Positions 63,137 to 64,000 of a stretch of DNA of 64,000 nt are shown one piece after another. Position 1 is the first letter of the stretch; each line of letters opens with the position of its first letter. The position numbers and the translations under genes were made by a program. The notes under the pieces were generated by a model that ran no database searches, was not told the origin of the DNA, and was given only the letters and a program-made list of their open reading frames with translations. Source of the DNA: Patescibacteria group bacterium (GTDB taxonomy: Bacteria; Patescibacteriota; Saccharimonadia; Saccharimonadales; Saccharimonadaceae); contig JAZKFY010000001.1 in NCBI GenBank assembly GCA_040386175.1, positions 55,135 to 119,134 of the forward strand. Direction: 5' to 3'.

Positions 63137-64000
63137 ATGGGGCATCATGCAAACAAACAACTGGGTTCAACCTTACACGACGACGGTGTCGACTTTACGG
63201 TATGGGCGCCGTTTGCAAAGTCCGTTAATCTTCTTCTAACAATCGAGTTTGATGCAAAAGAAATTCCCATGACAGCCGACGGCAAAGGCAACTGGACTGT
63301 TGAAGATGTCGATGCTCAACCAGGCCAATCATACCTCTATGAAATTACGAGCCAATCTGGTGAAAAATTAAAACGTAACGATCCATATGCTCGACAAATT
63401 ACCGATTCCGACAACGGTCTTTCAATTATTGTTGATCGTGATTTTGAATGGGATGGTGCAGACGAATTCGTTAAAACCGATCATAACAAAGCTATTATTT
63501 ATGAACTTCATGTTGGCACATTCAATCGCCCAGATGCTTCGACGAGCGGTACTTTTTACACTGCAATTGAAAAGCTCGATTACCTTATTGAACTAGGTGT
63601 TAACTATGTTGAACTCATGCCCGTTACCAGCATGGCCCAAAGCCATGGGTGGGGATACGCACCAAACTATATTTTTTCAGTCGAGAATGCCTACGGTGGA
63701 CGACATGGATTACTTGATTTTGTTAAAGCCTGCCACGAAAAAGGTATTGGCGTTATTTTAGACGTTGTATACAACCACTTCTTTAAGAAAACTGATTTAT
63801 GGCAATACGATGGCTGGAGCGAAAACGAATTAGGCGGTATCTACTTTTATAACGACACCGTACGTGGAATGACACCATGGGGTGGAAGGCCAGACTACGG
63901 CCGCCCTGAAGTTCGTCAATTTATTCTAGCTAACGTAACCATGTGGCTGACCGAATATAAAATTGATGGCTTACGAGTCGACTCTACTATTTACATGCGA
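63137..64000 (+). CDS. GH13 CBM48-containing enzyme (TreZ/branching-enzyme-like), truncated by the window end
   Basis: Hand translation: FTVWAP, IYELHVGTF, ELMPV, WGY, DVVYNH, DGLRVD. Confidence 0.88.
   Translation, partial: MGHHANKQLGSTLHDDGVDFTVWAPFAKSVNLLLTIEFDAKEIPMTADGKGNWTVEDVDAQPGQSYLYEITSQSGEKLKRNDPYARQITDSDNGLSIIVDRDFEWDGADEFVKTDHNKAIIYELHVGTFNRPDASTSGTFYTAIEKLDYLIELGVNYVELMPVTSMAQSHGWGYAPNYIFSVENAYGGRHGLLDFVKACHEKGIGVILDVVYNHFFKKTDLWQYDGWSENELGGIYFYNDTVRGMTPWGGRPDYGRPEVRQFILANVTMWLTEYKIDGLRVDSTIYMR

Overview
Chromosomal segment of a small-genome, moderately AT-rich bacterium, most likely Candidatus Saccharibacteria (TM7, CPR/Patescibacteria). The assignment is inferred from the pilin-adhesin fusions, the compact gene set, an rpsP-khpA-trmD region without rimM, and many leaderless starts. 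Housekeeping genes include rpsP, khpA, trmD, rnc, nusB, rpmF, leuS, a Mur ligase, ligA, htpX/lemA, htrA, rarA, typA, secG, uvrC, trhO, rplY and dedA. The window also has seven tRNAs, trehalose/alpha-glucan enzymes, three type IV pilin fusions and a phage-tail-fibre-like gene pair. The most unusual signal is a dispersed set of short, GC-rich, Actinobacteria-like gene units in the AT-rich chromosome (8.4-8.8, 33.1-33.6, 43.5-43.9 and two tandem units at 50.4-52.0 kb). They combine an AT-rich native-type promoter, a Shine-Dalgarno and a long bulged 3' hairpin. The two tandem units carry unrelated cargo but share a covarying multi-hairpin 5' leader and 3' hairpin, and one cargo is an actinobacterial NrdH copy with the catalytic Cys replaced by Ser. 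Other signals are a cassette array punctuated by tRNA-Gln 3'-end repeats, candidate sRNAs, a Nudix insertion in LeuRS, and loss of Cys metal sites in LigA, UvrC and L32. All calls were made by eye; no searches were run.
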